A stretch of 63,430 nt of DNA, counting the filler, from Octopus bimaculoides (lineage: Eukaryota): assembly GCF_001194135.2 (NCBI RefSeq). It is 5 parts of 5 records of this genome, joined end to end, with 100 filler letters (N's around TTAATTAATTAA, not from the genome) between each part and the next. Parts side by side here need not be neighbours in the genome. Positions count along the whole stretch, not along the records: positions 15,980 to 31,466 come from NC_068992.1; positions 31,567 to 44,878 come from NC_068988.1; 3 more parts are not named here. One strand, given 5' to 3'. The position numbers and the translations under genes are program-made. Of this stretch, positions 22,246-33,433 are shown piece after piece. The number at the start of each line of letters is the position of its first letter. Position 1 is the first letter of the stretch. A model generated the notes under the pieces. The model was not told where the DNA came from and did no database searches. It was given only the letters and a program-made list of their open reading frames with translations.

Positions 22246-23140
22246 GATACAGATGTCGGTCAGTTACTTAAATTTAGTCGCCCAGTTTCCCCCGGACATA
22301 GGCTCTTTTTCATTGGTGGTCCACGACACTTGTGTTTTGGGAGAAGTTGGATGATTGACATCGCTACATCACAAACTGACGGCTTATTTCAGAACTGAAC
22401 AATTCCAATGTGTTTCTTCATCTAACAATGTTCTTTGTTCTCTCTTAAAATCTAAAGACAGGACAGGAAATTCTTTGAAGGGAATTTCTGGGTTATGTTT
22501 ACGATTTATACTAGGGATAGCATAGCAACACGTGTAAAAATATTACACGAGAAAAACATTTAATATGGCGTACGCGCACACGCGCGCGCACGTACAGACA
22601 TTCTGCACAGTTATCTGTCGACCAAATTCCACTCACCGGGTATTGGTTAAACCTGGACCATGTTAAAAAAGGTCATTTTTCGGAAATTACCACGCAGTGG
22701 GATCGAACCTGGAATTATGATGGTTGCAAAGTGACTCTGTTAACTTCATAGTCTCCATCTCCATCAAAACTAATAATTACGATCCTGAAAGACTTTATCG
22801 TAGAATATGGTGAAAATCCCTAAGTGTCTGTCATTTGGTATCAATTACCGTTTCTATAATAGACATTTATCTTTGCTTTATCCTTAAGAAAGGCATGAAT
22901 GTCACACACTCTCATTTACTAACCCTTTATTATTCTGAAACTTTGTGCCAAAGTAAGCAATCATTGTTAGCTAAATAAGAAGGTCTACGTGACTGTTGTC
23001 CATCATTCTATTTGATGACGTCATCACCTTATATCGCAGACAAGTCCAGTAATACTGCTGTCTCCATTTACCATTATCAATATGTAGTCTTGTCGGGTCG
23101 CTTATAAGAACACTACCGTCCCTCACTCACTAACTCAAGT

Positions 23141-23193
<53 letters not shown>

Positions 23194-23858
23194 ATAGTAG
23201 TAGTAGTAGTACACTTAAAGATATTTCTGTAAAAAGTAAATCACATCCGTTATTGTCGACATTTTTAGACATTAGTCACATCCTTTCTTCTTAACCAACT
23301 CGTCTCCCTCACTCTCTTCCTCCCTGTGCTCCTCTTTCTCTTTTCTCGCCGTCATTTCTCTTTTTGTATCTCCTTCTCTTTCCCTCCACTCCCTCTCTTC
23401 TCATCCCATCACCATCGACATTCATTTGTGTTGACCACTTAACAATTTTCTAATAAATAATTTAACTTTCATTTATTTTTGTTCTTCTCAAAGTTGTAGG
23501 CTGGTGGTAAGCTATCATCAAGCTGACTCGGCAACACAGGTTCAATACCAATTTGAGACATTTTACATTTACTCCTTGTACAAGTGATTACTGGTCCATA
23601 GACAACAGTGTGAGTGAAAATGTGACGTACGAGGGGAATCAAATTTGTTTTGTTTTGTTTTTCGTATCAATAGTAGTTATACCTGGCATTTAGAGTTTAA
23701 GCAGCAAACCTCTTTTGAACAAAGATCAAGATACGGTTTCAATCCCTAGTTATAACTATTTTACTTCAGTTGGAGACTTATAAACATCATTCCATCTCAT
23801 CCCGGTTCTGAGTAAAATATGCGTTTTGGTTTAACATTATCAGCTGACAGAAACTATG

Positions 23859-24089
23859 TATTGGGTTGTCCGGTTAGTTCGTGCCGATGTTTAAAGGAAA
23901 GAAAAGGTCAATAAATACTTGCCATTACATTTTTAATCAAGCAAATATGAACCATTTTGTTGCACAATGCGTCTCCATCTTTCCTTTAACTTGAAAATGC
24001 CCTCTTCCCAGAATTGAGGTGGCTTTATGGCAAATAAGTTAAAAAGTAAGCTGCTATAAATCGGCACAAATTTTCCGGACAACCCAATA
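23859..24089 (-). mobile_element. ~230-bp mariner-derived MITE
   Basis: TIRs TTGGGTTGTCCGGTTAGTTCGTGCCGAT and (reverse complement) TTGGGTTGTCCGGAAAATTTGTGCCGAT, flanked by TA. The minus strand retains FAIKPPQFWEEGIFKLKERWRRIVQQNGSYLLD*, a mariner transposase C-terminus. Confidence 0.92.
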
Positions 24090-24288
24090 CATAAAGACAA
24101 CTATGGTAATCATTCATTAGGGTAGTTTCAATAAAGTAGTAAGAGTAGAGAATCGTCTATACATAAATGGGACAAAGGTTTTCTTGGAATATCGAAGATT
24201 ATCGCTAAGTGATGGGTTCTTGTGGAAGCAGCTGTTAGCTCCTGAAATAATAATAATAATAATATTAATAATAATAATGGTAATAACA

Positions 24289-24511
24289 ATTTATTTCTTT
24301 ATTGCTCACAGGGGGCTAAACATAGAAGAGACAAACAAGGACAGACAAAGGAATTACGTCGATGACATCGACCCCAGTGCGTAACTGGTACTTATTTAAT
24401 CGACCCCGAAAGGATGAAAGGCAAAGTCGACCTCGGCGGAATTAAAACTCAGAACGAAATACCGCTAAGCATTTCGCCCAGCATGCTAACGATTCTGCCA
24501 GCTCGCCGCCC
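24289..24511 (-). mobile_element. Meta-like SINE, tail type A
   Basis: Near-complete copy adjacent to an (AAT)-rich tract. Confidence 0.9.
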
Positions 24512-24877
24512 TAGAATTCTTTGAAGTTCTAGACTTCAAACATTTTCCCTCGCTTCACATTTGTAAATGGATCAGTTGATGATAGAGACAAAAATGATCG
24601 TTTGTATACTACTAGAACTGCAGCTTGTTTAGTCGAGAAGCTACCACACTGTGACGTTATTATTTCTCTTTCGACACGTAATACGATACAGTGTAAGAGA
24701 TACGAGATTGCTCCGGGCCCGCATGAGGCAAGAGACTGAAGCACATACGTCATAGAAACCGGGAAACCGGGCCCATGAGCCTGGCTAGGCTTTAGAAAGG
24801 CGAGAGTTTATCGTTTATCGTAATCTGAAATGACAACTCGAATATGAACAAGCATAAACGACATAAAACATTAAAAC

Positions 24878-25275
24878 CATGGCCAAGTCCTCATCAACTT
24901 TTTCAAATTTCACTTGTAAAGGTAGTTGAAGGTGGAGAGGGAAGTGTTGCCTTGTAGCAAATTTGTTGAAAGGTGGGTGAATGTTGGAAGAATGGCCAGT
25001 GTGAAAGCACCAATTCCGAGCGTGTACTTGTAAAAAAGGAATCAAAGGAGAAGGGCTTTTGCCATGTTGTTCAGGAACCTGTGGCTTTTGTGAGTTTCCC
25101 CATGAGGACCTTAAAGCGCCTCTCCTATTGGGAGTTTTAATTTGTTCAATTTTGATTATTATTACATTGTGCACACGCGGAAAACCCATTGTATCGTCCT
25201 GTTTTTGCCTTTTATGTTGCTGAGTGCCACTAATGTTTTTGTATGTGAGTCCTTGTGGCTAATAAAAGAATAAAT
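24878..25275 (+). mobile_element. Tx1-like (L1 group) LINE 3' end
   Basis: HGQVLINFFKFHL*R*LKVEREVLPCSKFVERWVNVGRMASVKAPIPSVYL* fits the Tx1 ORF2 C-terminus pattern. The 3' UTR ends GTCCTTGTGGCTAATAAAAGAATAAA. Confidence 0.65.
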
Positions 25276-25907
25276 TATAGAAAGAGTGGGAGTAAGAGGA
25301 ATAGATATCAGGATGGGAGGAAGAGAAGACGAATGCAACCAAATTTGAGGCGAAGAATAAATGTTTATTCAGTCATTGTTCTAGAGGTCAAGAAGGCCAC
25401 TTGACACAATAGAAAATTTTCAAGGACATTGCTATTTTACTGTCAGTGATATTAGAGCAAGGTTAACTATGTTCTAATTCGTGTCCTCACCAGCGTTTGC
25501 TATATGATTCTCTTCGTACAAGTCACAGCTCATATCGCCAAACACTTGACGTCATGCTGCACCTTGTTTAATTGTTGATTCATGGAAGAAAGCGGAGTAC
25601 GTGCTGAACAGGTCAAACTATTGTTTCATAGGTTGTGTGGATGTGGTGGAGATATAACAGGATAGACTAAAATATGCCACCACCTGTCCACAATTCATCA
25701 TCCATCTCAGTTGGACAGCATTAGTTTTTATTGCCACAGTTTATCTACAGACCAGAATTTCACATAAAAACGGATTGGTCAAGATGGTCAATCAAGAAAT
25801 ATCTCTGAGCGAGCCGAAGTATATGTGTGTGTATGCATGAGTATGTGAGTGTGTGTGAGAGTGAACCTATGTAAGAATGTGTGTTTTGGGAGCAAGGGTA
25901 TCTTTAA

Positions 25908-26235
25908 TCTTTTCTTTTACTTGTTTCAGTCATTAGACTGCGACCATGCTGGGGCACCGCCTTGAAGAATTTTTAGTCAAACGAATCAACCTCAGCACTT
26001 ATTTTTAAGTCTGGTGTTTGTTCTATTGGTCTCTTTTTCTGAACTACTAAGTAACTAAGCCGAACCACCAAGTAACCATCAGCAGTTGTCAAGCGGCGGT
26101 GGGACACACACACGCGCACACACACACACACACACACACACATACGATGGGGTTTTTCAGTTCCCGCCTACCAGATCCACTCACAAGGCTTTGGTCGGCC
26201 CGAGGCTATAGTTAAAGACATTTGCCCAAGGTGCC
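25908..26235 (-). mobile_element. Bipartite CORE-SINE, 5'-truncated, (CA)n hinge
   Basis: 3' module at 25908-26100 and partial 5' module at 26145-26235. Confidence 0.82.
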
Positions 26236-26556
26236 ACATGCACGCGCGCGTATTTGTAGGAAGGGAACGAAAGAAATTCCTTTCAGTTCACCGTTGTAAT
26301 CTACAATGAAAAAAAAGGAGCACAACGTTTACAAACTTGAGTCGATAATTGTAGTTTCTTCTTTCCTTAATTTTTGCCAGACGTTTCAACTTCCGTTGGA
26401 ACGTCTATGGAAAAGACTATGGAGCTCTTCTCCGTTGAAACATCTGGCCATGTCGTTAGAAAGCAACATATGTGTGTGTATATATATATATATACACACG
26501 CGCACACAAGATAGTTTAATGGAGGAGCGTCGGAAAAAGTAGTTCTGTTAGTTATG

Positions 26557-26695
26557 CCCTTAACGTTCCGAGTTCAAATCTGTCTGAGGTCGACTTCGCC
26601 TCCGGTTCGATAAAATAAATCCTAGTCAAGTGGTGAGATAAATTTAATCGAGTGTGCCGCCCCCAACATTTCTGGCCTTGGGCCAGTGGGATAAT
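26557..26695 (+). mobile_element. Degenerate Meta-like SINE
   Basis: ACGTTCCGAGTTCAAATCTGTCTGAGGTCGACTTCGCC...TTCTGGCCTTGGGCC. Confidence 0.6.
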
Positions 26696-27235
26696 TGTTG
26701 TTATTCTAAGTAGTCACCTTTAGTGATGGCAGATAATAAACATTGGTGGTATTTATATTGTGTTTCTTGTAATTGTTTTGTGTTTTCTGGTCGCCGCCTC
26801 TTCAAGTCTGCTTCTCATTCATCTATTGTTCAGTGCTAAGAACTGAAGTAACTGTTGAAAACTAAGTTAGACGGACAGCTTTGGTACTCAAAGATCTACA
26901 AGAAGCACCTGAAGAGAATCACTAACGATTACATTTGTTGGAGTAGTTAGGTAGAAACACTAAACTGGAGGCTCTCATAGATTTCTATCACTTTCTTTTC
27001 AATACACATAGATAATTAGCTGCCCACGCAAATACGCGCGTGTGCACTCACTCATTCACACGCACATACACACAGATACACGACACACACATGCACACAC
27101 ACACACATACGCACACACACACACATACGCACACACACACTTTTTAATGTTTATCTCAAAGAAAATGTTCAAGAAATTGGATTTCTTTCGCAGGATTGTC
27201 TGTGTTAAAGCACCATATTGATTACAGAGACTTAT

Positions 27236-27720
27236 GATTATGGTAGGGGTGGTAGTGGCGACGGTGGTATTGTGATTGTGCTATGCTGATGGCTGTATTG
27301 GTCGTGTTGGTGGTTGTATTGGTGGTGATGGCCGTACTAGTTGTAGAGTTAGTTGTGGTGGTAGTGTAGGCAATGTGTTAGTTTTAAAGTTTGTCGTTGT
27401 GGTGGAGATAGTACTGTTACTGGGGATGTTGGTGGTGATATTGCTGTTGTTAGTGGTGATGTTGGAATTGGTAATGGTGTTGGTGGTGTTGATGGTGATG
27501 GAAGTAGTAGTGGTAATGTTAGAAATTGTGGTGGTGGAGTTGTGTTGGTGTTGGCGATAGTAGTGATGTTCTTTGTTGATAGTTGTGGTGGCGTTGGTGG
27601 AGGTAAAATTTGTGGTGATATGATTGCTGTTGTTGATGGTAACAGGGATGATGGTAGTGGTGATAGTGATGCAAGTGGGGGTATTGATGGTTTTAGCGAT
27701 TGTGATGATAGTGGTGAATG
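27236..27720. repeat. GGT/GAT/GTT-rich low-complexity tract
   Basis: Directly visible. The poly-Val ORF is compositional. Confidence 0.85.
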
Positions 27721-27769
27721 AAATTTAATAGTATTTTAGAATGTCTACTGGAATTAAAAATTATTTTTA

Positions 27770-28362
27770 TGCATTTGTGTACATTTAAACTAATCAAATA
27801 TTATTTTACAGAATAATACAATTAATATTTCTTTGATTAAAACCCTTTCTAACATGGAAGTATCCAAAGAGCATTTAAGGCACATAATACTTTATGAGTA
27901 CAAAAAAGGAAACTCTGCAGCCGAAGCGACTCGAAACATACACTCAGTTTATGGGAAAGAATGCTTGAATGAAAGAATTTGCAGAAGATGGTTTTCAAAG
28001 TTCAGAAGTTGAGATTTCAGCCTTGAAGATGAAGATCGAACAGGACGTCCAGTTGAGTTTGATGAGTTTGATGACCTTGCTCCTTCAGACTAGCATTTGT
28101 TTCGTAGTTTACAGAATCATTTGGGGGACATAACTTTCACAATCCAGGAGAAGGTCGAAACTGACATTTCTGAGTTCTTCGCTTTGAAACCAAAGGATTA
28201 AAAAGCTTGTTAGTATGGGATTAAAAAGCTTGTAAGTAGATGGAAGGAAGTCATAGATAATCAGGGAAAGTACATTGATGATTAAATTTCAATTAAATAT
28301 AACATTTGATCACTTGTTTTCTTTATTCAAAATTCGGACAGAACTTATGGGATGACCTGATA
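27770..28362 (+). mobile_element. Internally deleted mariner element
   Basis: MEVSKEHLRHIILYEYKKGNSAAEATRNIHSVYG...RWFSKFRS*DFSLEDEDRTGRP (HTH region) joins directly to DLAPSD*HLFRSLQNHL...GIKKLVSRWKEVIDNQGKYIDD*. Right end TTCGGACAGAACTTATGGGATGACCTGA-TA; matching left TIR not seen. Local ~24-bp duplication near 28195-28240. Confidence 0.9.
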
Positions 28363-28725
28363 GATGTAAAACTGAATAATAATATACAAATAGACACAGA
28401 TACGCGCAAATATACATGCATAAATACACAGACACGCACTAACATATTTAGCTACGTATTACATATACATAAGATTAAGCACTCACATTTGTGCGTTAAA
28501 GAGATATGCACACTAAATGTATGAGTACAAATTGAAATGATTAAAATATGTATGTGCGCATGTGTGTAGAAATAGAGTTAAATCTTAGTTAGGCACACCC
28601 ACGCACAGTTACACACACACGCACACAGATGCACACGCGCGTGCGCACGTGTGTGCGTGTGTGTGTACATAGAAATATAATCAGATTTTATTAGGAACAC
28701 ACACACATCTGTTCGTTTGTTTTTG

Positions 28726-28738
28726 TGTGTGTGTGTGT

Positions 28739-28828
<90 letters not shown>

Positions 28829-28838
28829 GTGTGTGTGT
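28726..28838. repeat. (TG)n microsatellite
   Basis: Directly visible. Confidence 0.98.
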
Positions 28839-29174
28839 CTGTTGGTTTGTGGCAACGTATTGCTGAGGTATGTGTATGCAGACAAAAATGGAATAACCAA
28901 CAATTCACTCGACATATAATCACACTCGTTCTGCTCCTCAAATATTTTGCAATCTTCCAGTTGTCCTTATTTGTCTAGAAATGTGTGTGCGTGTGTGTTT
29001 GTGTTTGTGTGAGAAAGAGGAAGCGATAGAATGTGTACGCATATATGCATGTATGTATGAGGGCATGTATGTATTCATGCATGTATTTTTTAAAAATTGT
29101 ATACTAAATTACTGTTTTTTTTAAATAAAGAAACAAAATTCCATCGCATTTACATTTCAACAACGTTATAGGCT

Positions 29175-29345
29175 CCATGCTAAACTGCAGAAAAGTTTTG
29201 TATATTTTTACTGTTCCACTTACAGATTATATTCGCGAAGTTTATGTTAGCTGATCACTTTCTTTTCCTGGAGATCCTAGCTTTTCCATGTTGTTCTTTA
29301 AATTAATTTACAAATATATCTAAATGCACCACTAATTATCCGTAT
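29175..29345 (-). mobile_element. RLE-type LINE family C, extreme ORF end
   Basis: Reverse complement ATAATTAGTGGTGCATTTAG...AACAACATGGAAAAGCTAGGATCTCCAGGAAAAG...ATCTGTAAGTGGAACAGTAAAAATATACAAAACTTTTCTG parallels 50620-50745. Confidence 0.7.
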
Positions 29346-31579
29346 AAATGGGAATTTATAAACAAGAAAGAGAAGCTGCAAGTTTGAAAGCAGTTATCCA
29401 TAACCTTCAGAATATGCAGTAATAGACACGAGTCCTTAAGAGATTACACATCACCCCCACCCAAGTTTACGAGAAACATATCCTATTATGGTATGCAAAG
29501 ATTTACTATTTCAAGTATTTATTAAAGTACAAAGTCTTGCAATTCTTGGGTCACGAGGGATGTTATCGGAAAGTAAATACATCTTGAGAAATTAATTTTC
29601 ACTGTGTATATTTGACTGAGACCTAGGATGATTGTAACCTTAACTTTTTTCTTCTCGACCTCAATGTCTCTTTTATTACCAAATGACGTCTTAAAAGCTT
29701 CGGTCCCACATTTTGCAAATAGATAAATAAATGAATAAATAAATAAAATAACTTAATTTCACCTAACTTAAATTAATCCTCCGAAGAGATTTTATATCCA
29801 TATTTTAATATTCTATCATACCCAGTACCTGTCTGTTTTTAGATATTTGCATAGAATACTAAATATAAATTGCAATATGCTAAATGTTTATGGGAATTAC
29901 TAAAGAAAGCCAGGGCTTGTATAGTGAAATAATATTTACATTTACATTGTCAGTAAAGGTAAATAAAACAATAACATTTCGATCAAAGATAACATTACAA
30001 TTAAAATTTTTAAATAAAATACTATCGACCTTTTTACTGATGTTAATGAATCAAACACATTTATCAGGTTTTGATTAACTTCAAATTAAAAATACAAAAT
30101 ATAAAATTACTGAAGATAATCAACAAATTATTATATCTAAAGAAAAATACTTAATTAAAAAAAAAAGATCAATTAATACCTTGTAATGAGATTTTATTGA
30201 TTTAAAAGTATCAAGTTCGTTATTTGACCTACAGAACCTTGTATCTTCTCCTTTAAATAGTTTATAATCTTTTTCACTGTTTAGTTAACAGTTTCTTAAC
30301 CTTTTCTTAACCATGTATGAAGAAGAACGCGCAGACAACAGCAGCATTATTTTTTTCCAAAGATGGGGAGTTTTATTTTCTGTTTCAACCATAATTCTTC
30401 ATAATCATCTTGTCGAAACACCTGAACTTCCAAGTCAATTTATAAATCTATTAATTACAAGCAAATTGTAAATATTATACTGGAAACATCATCAGTCATG
30501 TTTTTGTTCACTTGTAACACAATGACCAAATCATTTTCTATTCCCAGCAGTCTTTTTCAAAATGTCGTTAAACTACAAATATTGTATCAGGTTTAAATAT
30601 TATGTCTAAGAAAAATCACGACCTCTTCTAATACCCAACACATCCATAGCGCCTCCTTGACATTTATTCCCACTTATGAGTACACAGCACCCACAAGTGG
30701 GTGACATTGCTTAAGTTAAGAACCATTGCTCAAGAGCAAGACAAAGCAAAGTCCTTACATAGTTATGTTTCTATACTGTTCTACAGCAATAGTTAAAGTC
30801 GAAGTCATTTTCTTGAATGTTCTTAGTGTCCTATGTTCTTAGTGTCCATTTGTCACCCCTACCAGCACCACCGAATAGCTTCCCTCCACAACAGTTCTTT
30901 CCTAATGACTTTGTTCACTGCCAAAACAACCAGACTCGCACGTCAGGATGTTTTTCTAGGTGAACGGCGGAACACCATCCCTCGAGTGATATTCGAGGAA
31001 TCGGCGGAGCAACGAGCGTAAGACAATATTCAAGAGTATCTAGCTTGATATGTTTATGTCCCGTGTTCAACCAACATCGGCATCAACACTTTACATCTCT
31101 CTAGGGTCTGTTAAATCAAATATCATCCACACTTCCCGAATATACATAACCACCATCACCATTAGAACTGTTTTCCGTCTGTCTGTATGTCTTTCTTTCT
31201 ACACAAACTCATATATATATATTAGAATGTTCTCTATGTGGCTCGTGTGTTCTCGTCTACGTTTGTTTGCAATGTCCTGTACCCAGATATGCACCTATAC
31301 ATACAGGTGGATGTCGGTATGCACATACCTGTACGTATATATGCATATACTCATTTACTATTTGTTTTTACATGATTGAACGCAGCGTCTCACAAAAATT
31401 GTAAGTAGTTTTCGTAAACTTATCCTCCGACGCTACTCTATCTCTTTCTCTTTCCTTTCTCCCCCCNNNNNNNNNNNNNNNNNNNNNNNNNNNNNNNNNN
31501 NNNNNNNNNNTTAATTAATTAANNNNNNNNNNNNNNNNNNNNNNNNNNNNNNNNNNNNNNNNNNNNATATATATATATA

Positions 31580-32447
31580 TACGGCTTGCGATGGGTAAAT
31601 TGTTTGCATATTTATATTTTTAATTTCGCGAATGCACATTGTTTTTGATTTTATCGATTACACATTACAGTAATGTTAGTTAGGCACCGTCTGTGAGAAA
31701 ATCAGAACCATGACGCAATTCACTCTGCCAGAAATTTGGAAAGGACATGTTGTACTGATTGGCATTCGCGCCGGAAACTCCAATGTGAACAGATGGTGAA
31801 CATACAGAACAACTGTTGGCTTGCCGTATTTCCAAAAATACGTACTGAGAGTGATAAAACTAAAACATCCTGTCAACGTCATAGTGTTTGGAGTGATTAC
31901 TAGTGATGGCTATGTTATGCCTCCATTCATCTTCTCACACGGCCTCATACTCAACACGGAGGCCTACAGCCTCTGTCTGGAGGAGGTAGTGCTGCTCTGG
32001 ATCAAGAAGGTGGCCGCTGGAAGACACTATATCTGGTAAGAGGACTCTGCACTATACCACAGATACAGAAGAACAACGTCATGGTTGTCAGACAATTTCT
32101 GCGACCACATCACACCTGACATCTGGCCACCTAACTCCCCTGACAGTAAACCACTTGATTATTATGTGTGGGGCGCAGTTGTGCGAGAGACCAACAAAAC
32201 TCCTTGTAACAGCAAAGATGATCTGAAGGCAAGGATTATGGCAGCATTCACAAGGAGACCATCCAGAAGAGTTGCAGGCGGTTCCGAAGTCGTCTGGAGG
32301 CAGTGGCTGATGCCAATGGCAATCTTATTTAATAAATTTATTCTTTAGTATTTCAAGATATTTTAATGTAATTTTGCTAAATATGAGACATCAGTGTTAT
32401 TTTTATTTCTGCGTAATTAGACAAGTGTTTATTCATCGCACCCTGTA
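31580..32447 (+). mobile_element. Internally deleted DD37D (maT/mori-type) Tc1/mariner-superfamily transposon
   Basis: Short N-terminus MTQFTLPEIWKGHVVLIGIRAG fused to ...KHPVNVIVFGVITSDG...W*EDSALYH...WPPNSPDSKPLDYYVWG, with 37 residues between the second and third Asp. Right TIR ...TTCATCGCACCCTG-TA; degenerate left TIR TA-CGGCTTGCGATGGG. Confidence 0.9.
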
Positions 32448-33401
32448 TATATATATATATATATATNNNNNNNNNNNNNNNNNNNNNNNNNNNNNNNNNN
32501 NNNNNNNNNNNNNNNNNNNNNNNNNNNNNNNNNNNNNNNNNNNNNNNNNNNNNNNNNNNNNNNNNNNNNNNNNNNNNNNNNNNNNNNNNNNNNNNNNNNN
32601 NNNNNNNNNNNNNNNNNNNNNNNNNNNNNNNNNNNNNNNNNNNNNNNNNNNNNNNNNNNNNNNNNNNNNNNNNNNNNNNNNNNNNNNNNNNNNNNNNNNN
32701 NNNNNNNNNNNNNNNNNNNNNNNNNNNNNNNNNNNNNNNNNNNNNNNNNNNNNNNNNNNNNNNNNNNNNNNNNNNNNNNNNNNNNNNNNNNNNNNNNNNN
32801 NNNNNNNNNNNNNNNNNNNNNNNNNNNNNNNNNNNNNNNNNNNNNNNNNNNNNNNNNNNNNNNNNNNNNNNNNNNNNNNNNNNNNNNNNNNNNNNNNNNN
32901 NNNNNNNNNNNNNNNNNNNNNNNNNNNNNNNNNNNNNNNNNNNNNNNNNNNNNNNNNNNNNNNNNNNNNNNNNNNNNNNNNNNNNNNNNNNNNNNNNNNN
33001 NNNNNNNNNNNNNNNNNNNNNNNNNNNNNNNNNNNNNNNNNNNNNNNNNNNNNNNNNNNNNNNNNNNNNNNNNNNNNNNNNNNNNNNNNNNNNNNNNNNN
33101 NNNNNNNNNNNNNNNNNNNNNNNNNNNNNNNNNNNNNNNNNNNNNNNNNNNNNNNNNNNNNNNNNNNNNNNNNNNNNNNNNNNNNNNNNNNNNNNNNNNN
33201 NNNNNNNNNNNNNNNNNNNNNNNNNNNNNNNNNNNNNNNNNNNNNNNNNNNNNNNNNNNNNNNNNNNNNNNNNNNNNNNNNNNNNNNNNNNNNNNNNNNN
33301 NNNNNNNNNNNNNNNNNNNNNNNNNNNNNNNNNNNNNNNNNNNNNNNNNNNNNNNNNNNNNNNNNNNNNNTATATATAAATTGTAAATCCAAAAGAAAAA
33401 A

Positions 33402-33433
<32 letters not shown>

